A DNA stretch of 64,000 nt from Macrostomum lignano (lineage: Eukaryota), in contig NIVC01002930.1 in assembly GCA_002269645.1 (NCBI GenBank), forward strand, positions 1 to 64,000, written 5' to 3'. Position numbers and translations under genes: made by a program. Shown here piece by piece: positions 62,794 to 64,000 of the stretch. The stretch's first letter is position 1; the number at the start of each line of letters is the position of its first letter. The notes beneath the pieces are model-generated. The model ran no database searches. It was not told where the DNA came from and was given only the letters and a program-made list of their open reading frames with translations.

Positions 62794-63285
62794 ATAATAT
62801 AGTAAAAGCTTTATGAAAATCGGTTGAGCCGTTTTCTATAAAATCAATCACACACAAACGCAACATATACACATATACATAGGTCGTATTTATATTTACA
62901 TGTATAGGAGATAAATAGATAGAGAAAAACCATTTTAATATGATGGATTATTGCTTGAAATGTAGACTAAGTTGATTAAAATCTAAGGTGTGAACTAATT
63001 GCAGTAGTACAATAGATTGTTTTCGCGTTTCTAATCTTTATTATCGAAAAGTACAAAACATCGATAAACGTAAAGCCATCGAAAGAAAAGCGAAATTCAA
63101 AAGAATTTTTAAGATTAGAAAACAAAAATACCTGATATTCAATCGAAGGCGATTTAAAAATCGAATTATATGAATGAGTCTAAAAATTGCAACACTATAT
63201 GCATATAAGTTGCCAAAGTATGCAAGTACAAGTGAATTAATAATTGGGGATAAAATCGAAATCCATCAATTGAAACCCTGCAACA

Positions 63286-64000
63286 TCAGGCCGCCAGCAG
63301 GTGTCTGGCGCCAATCATCGCGACTTCCATATGGTTAGACGCAGTTTTCTGGCAGCCAAAGCACCTAGTCAAACAGGCAAAAACTTTCAGAAAGAAGTTG
63401 CCAATCCTCTTTAAAACTCTGACCAAGCAGCAGTCGCTCGTCTGCTCCCTGTGGTTTCCATTGCTGGCCCCTGGACTGATGCTGATCCCGCCTTGGCGGT
63501 TGACTAAGCGCTGTCGGATCTCCACAGAATCGTCAGTCTGACCGCTGCTCGCGCTGTCCACTGCGGACTGCGGCAGGAGCTCCGGGAATTCGCCGCAGGC
63601 GCAGTTGTGCGTTTCAAAAAACTTTATCTGGCCAGACTTTCCCAGATCAGTTGGACCGTACTGGCCTGGCCACTCCGAGTGCACTGCCGGATCAGTCATT
63701 ATGTAGCCGCCAGCTGTTCTCACGCCCTGCGCATCGCAGACCAGCTCCTTTCCGCCACTGGCGGCGTACGAAAAGTGCGAAAACTCCTGCATGGTCTTCG
63801 AATCGGTATTGTCGATGACGTCACCGTAGTTGAAGTTAAACTTATGGAAACGACCTTCGATGTAAGGCTCCACAAGGACCGGGTCGTCGACAGCGGCGTA
63901 TAGGCCGGACTGCGGATTGGCCTCCGTCACTTTAGCCAGGATCGGCACGATGTAGCGAACCGGCTTCGGATTGTTCGGCCGATCTTTCCGCCAGTCATTG
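63286..64000 (-). CDS. Alpha-kinase (MHCK/eEF2K family) paralogue, 5' truncated by the window edge
   Basis: Frame open to the edge. VLVEPYIEGRFHKFN, FSHFSY, LVCDAQGV, MTDPAVH, YGPTDLG and HNCAC. Confidence 0.92.
   Translation of the reverse strand, partial: NDWRKDRPNNPKPVRYIVPILAKVTEANPQSGLYAAVDDPVLVEPYIEGRFHKFNFNYGDVIDNTDSKTMQEFSHFSYAASGGKELVCDAQGVRTAGGYIMTDPAVHSEWPGQYGPTDLGKSGQIKFFETHNCACGEFPELLPQSAVDSASSGQTDDSVEIRQRLVNRQGGISISPGASNGNHREQTSDCCLVRVLKRIGNFFLKVFACLTRCFGCQKTASNHMEVAMIGARHLLAA

Overview
Eukaryotic (metazoan) genomic DNA. Spliceosomal GT-AG introns, a TTAGGG tract and minisatellite-filled introns would fit a flatworm-like invertebrate, but the taxon is only an inference. Positions 1 to ~11,844 are the right-hand part of a Polinton/Maverick (adintovirus-like) endogenous dsDNA virus. 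It encodes a major capsid protein (5'-truncated), an adenain-like protease (N-terminus out of frame), a packaging ATPase, two conserved Polinton ORFs, a DEDD-like ORF, a protein-primed PolB and an acidic repeat ORF, and has a candidate terminal repeat ending ACTACT. The best find is a stand-alone ~188-aa TATA-binding-protein-like gene inside this element (ATG 3546, stop 4111). The ORF track hides its N-terminus because of a 1-nt slip at CCCC 3677-3680. The pPolB gene has a phase-compatible spliceosomal intron (8917-8475) and a 43-codon polyQ tract before a basic C-terminus. The rest is host DNA: 3' exons of an unknown Arg-rich/CaaX gene, an SVBP-like gene, a C2CD2/TMEM24-like SMP-C2 gene, TRIP4/ASC-1 (with a duplicated exon fragment inside a nested LamG-like relic), RPB5, a NAT16-like GNAT, a divergent Bcl-2-family gene, MCFD2 and two alpha-kinase paralogues (one disrupted). 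There are also tRNA-derived SINEs, foldback elements and over 20 tandem arrays, which account for most long low-complexity ORFs in the track. All protein identifications come from motif recognition by eye; no database search was run.
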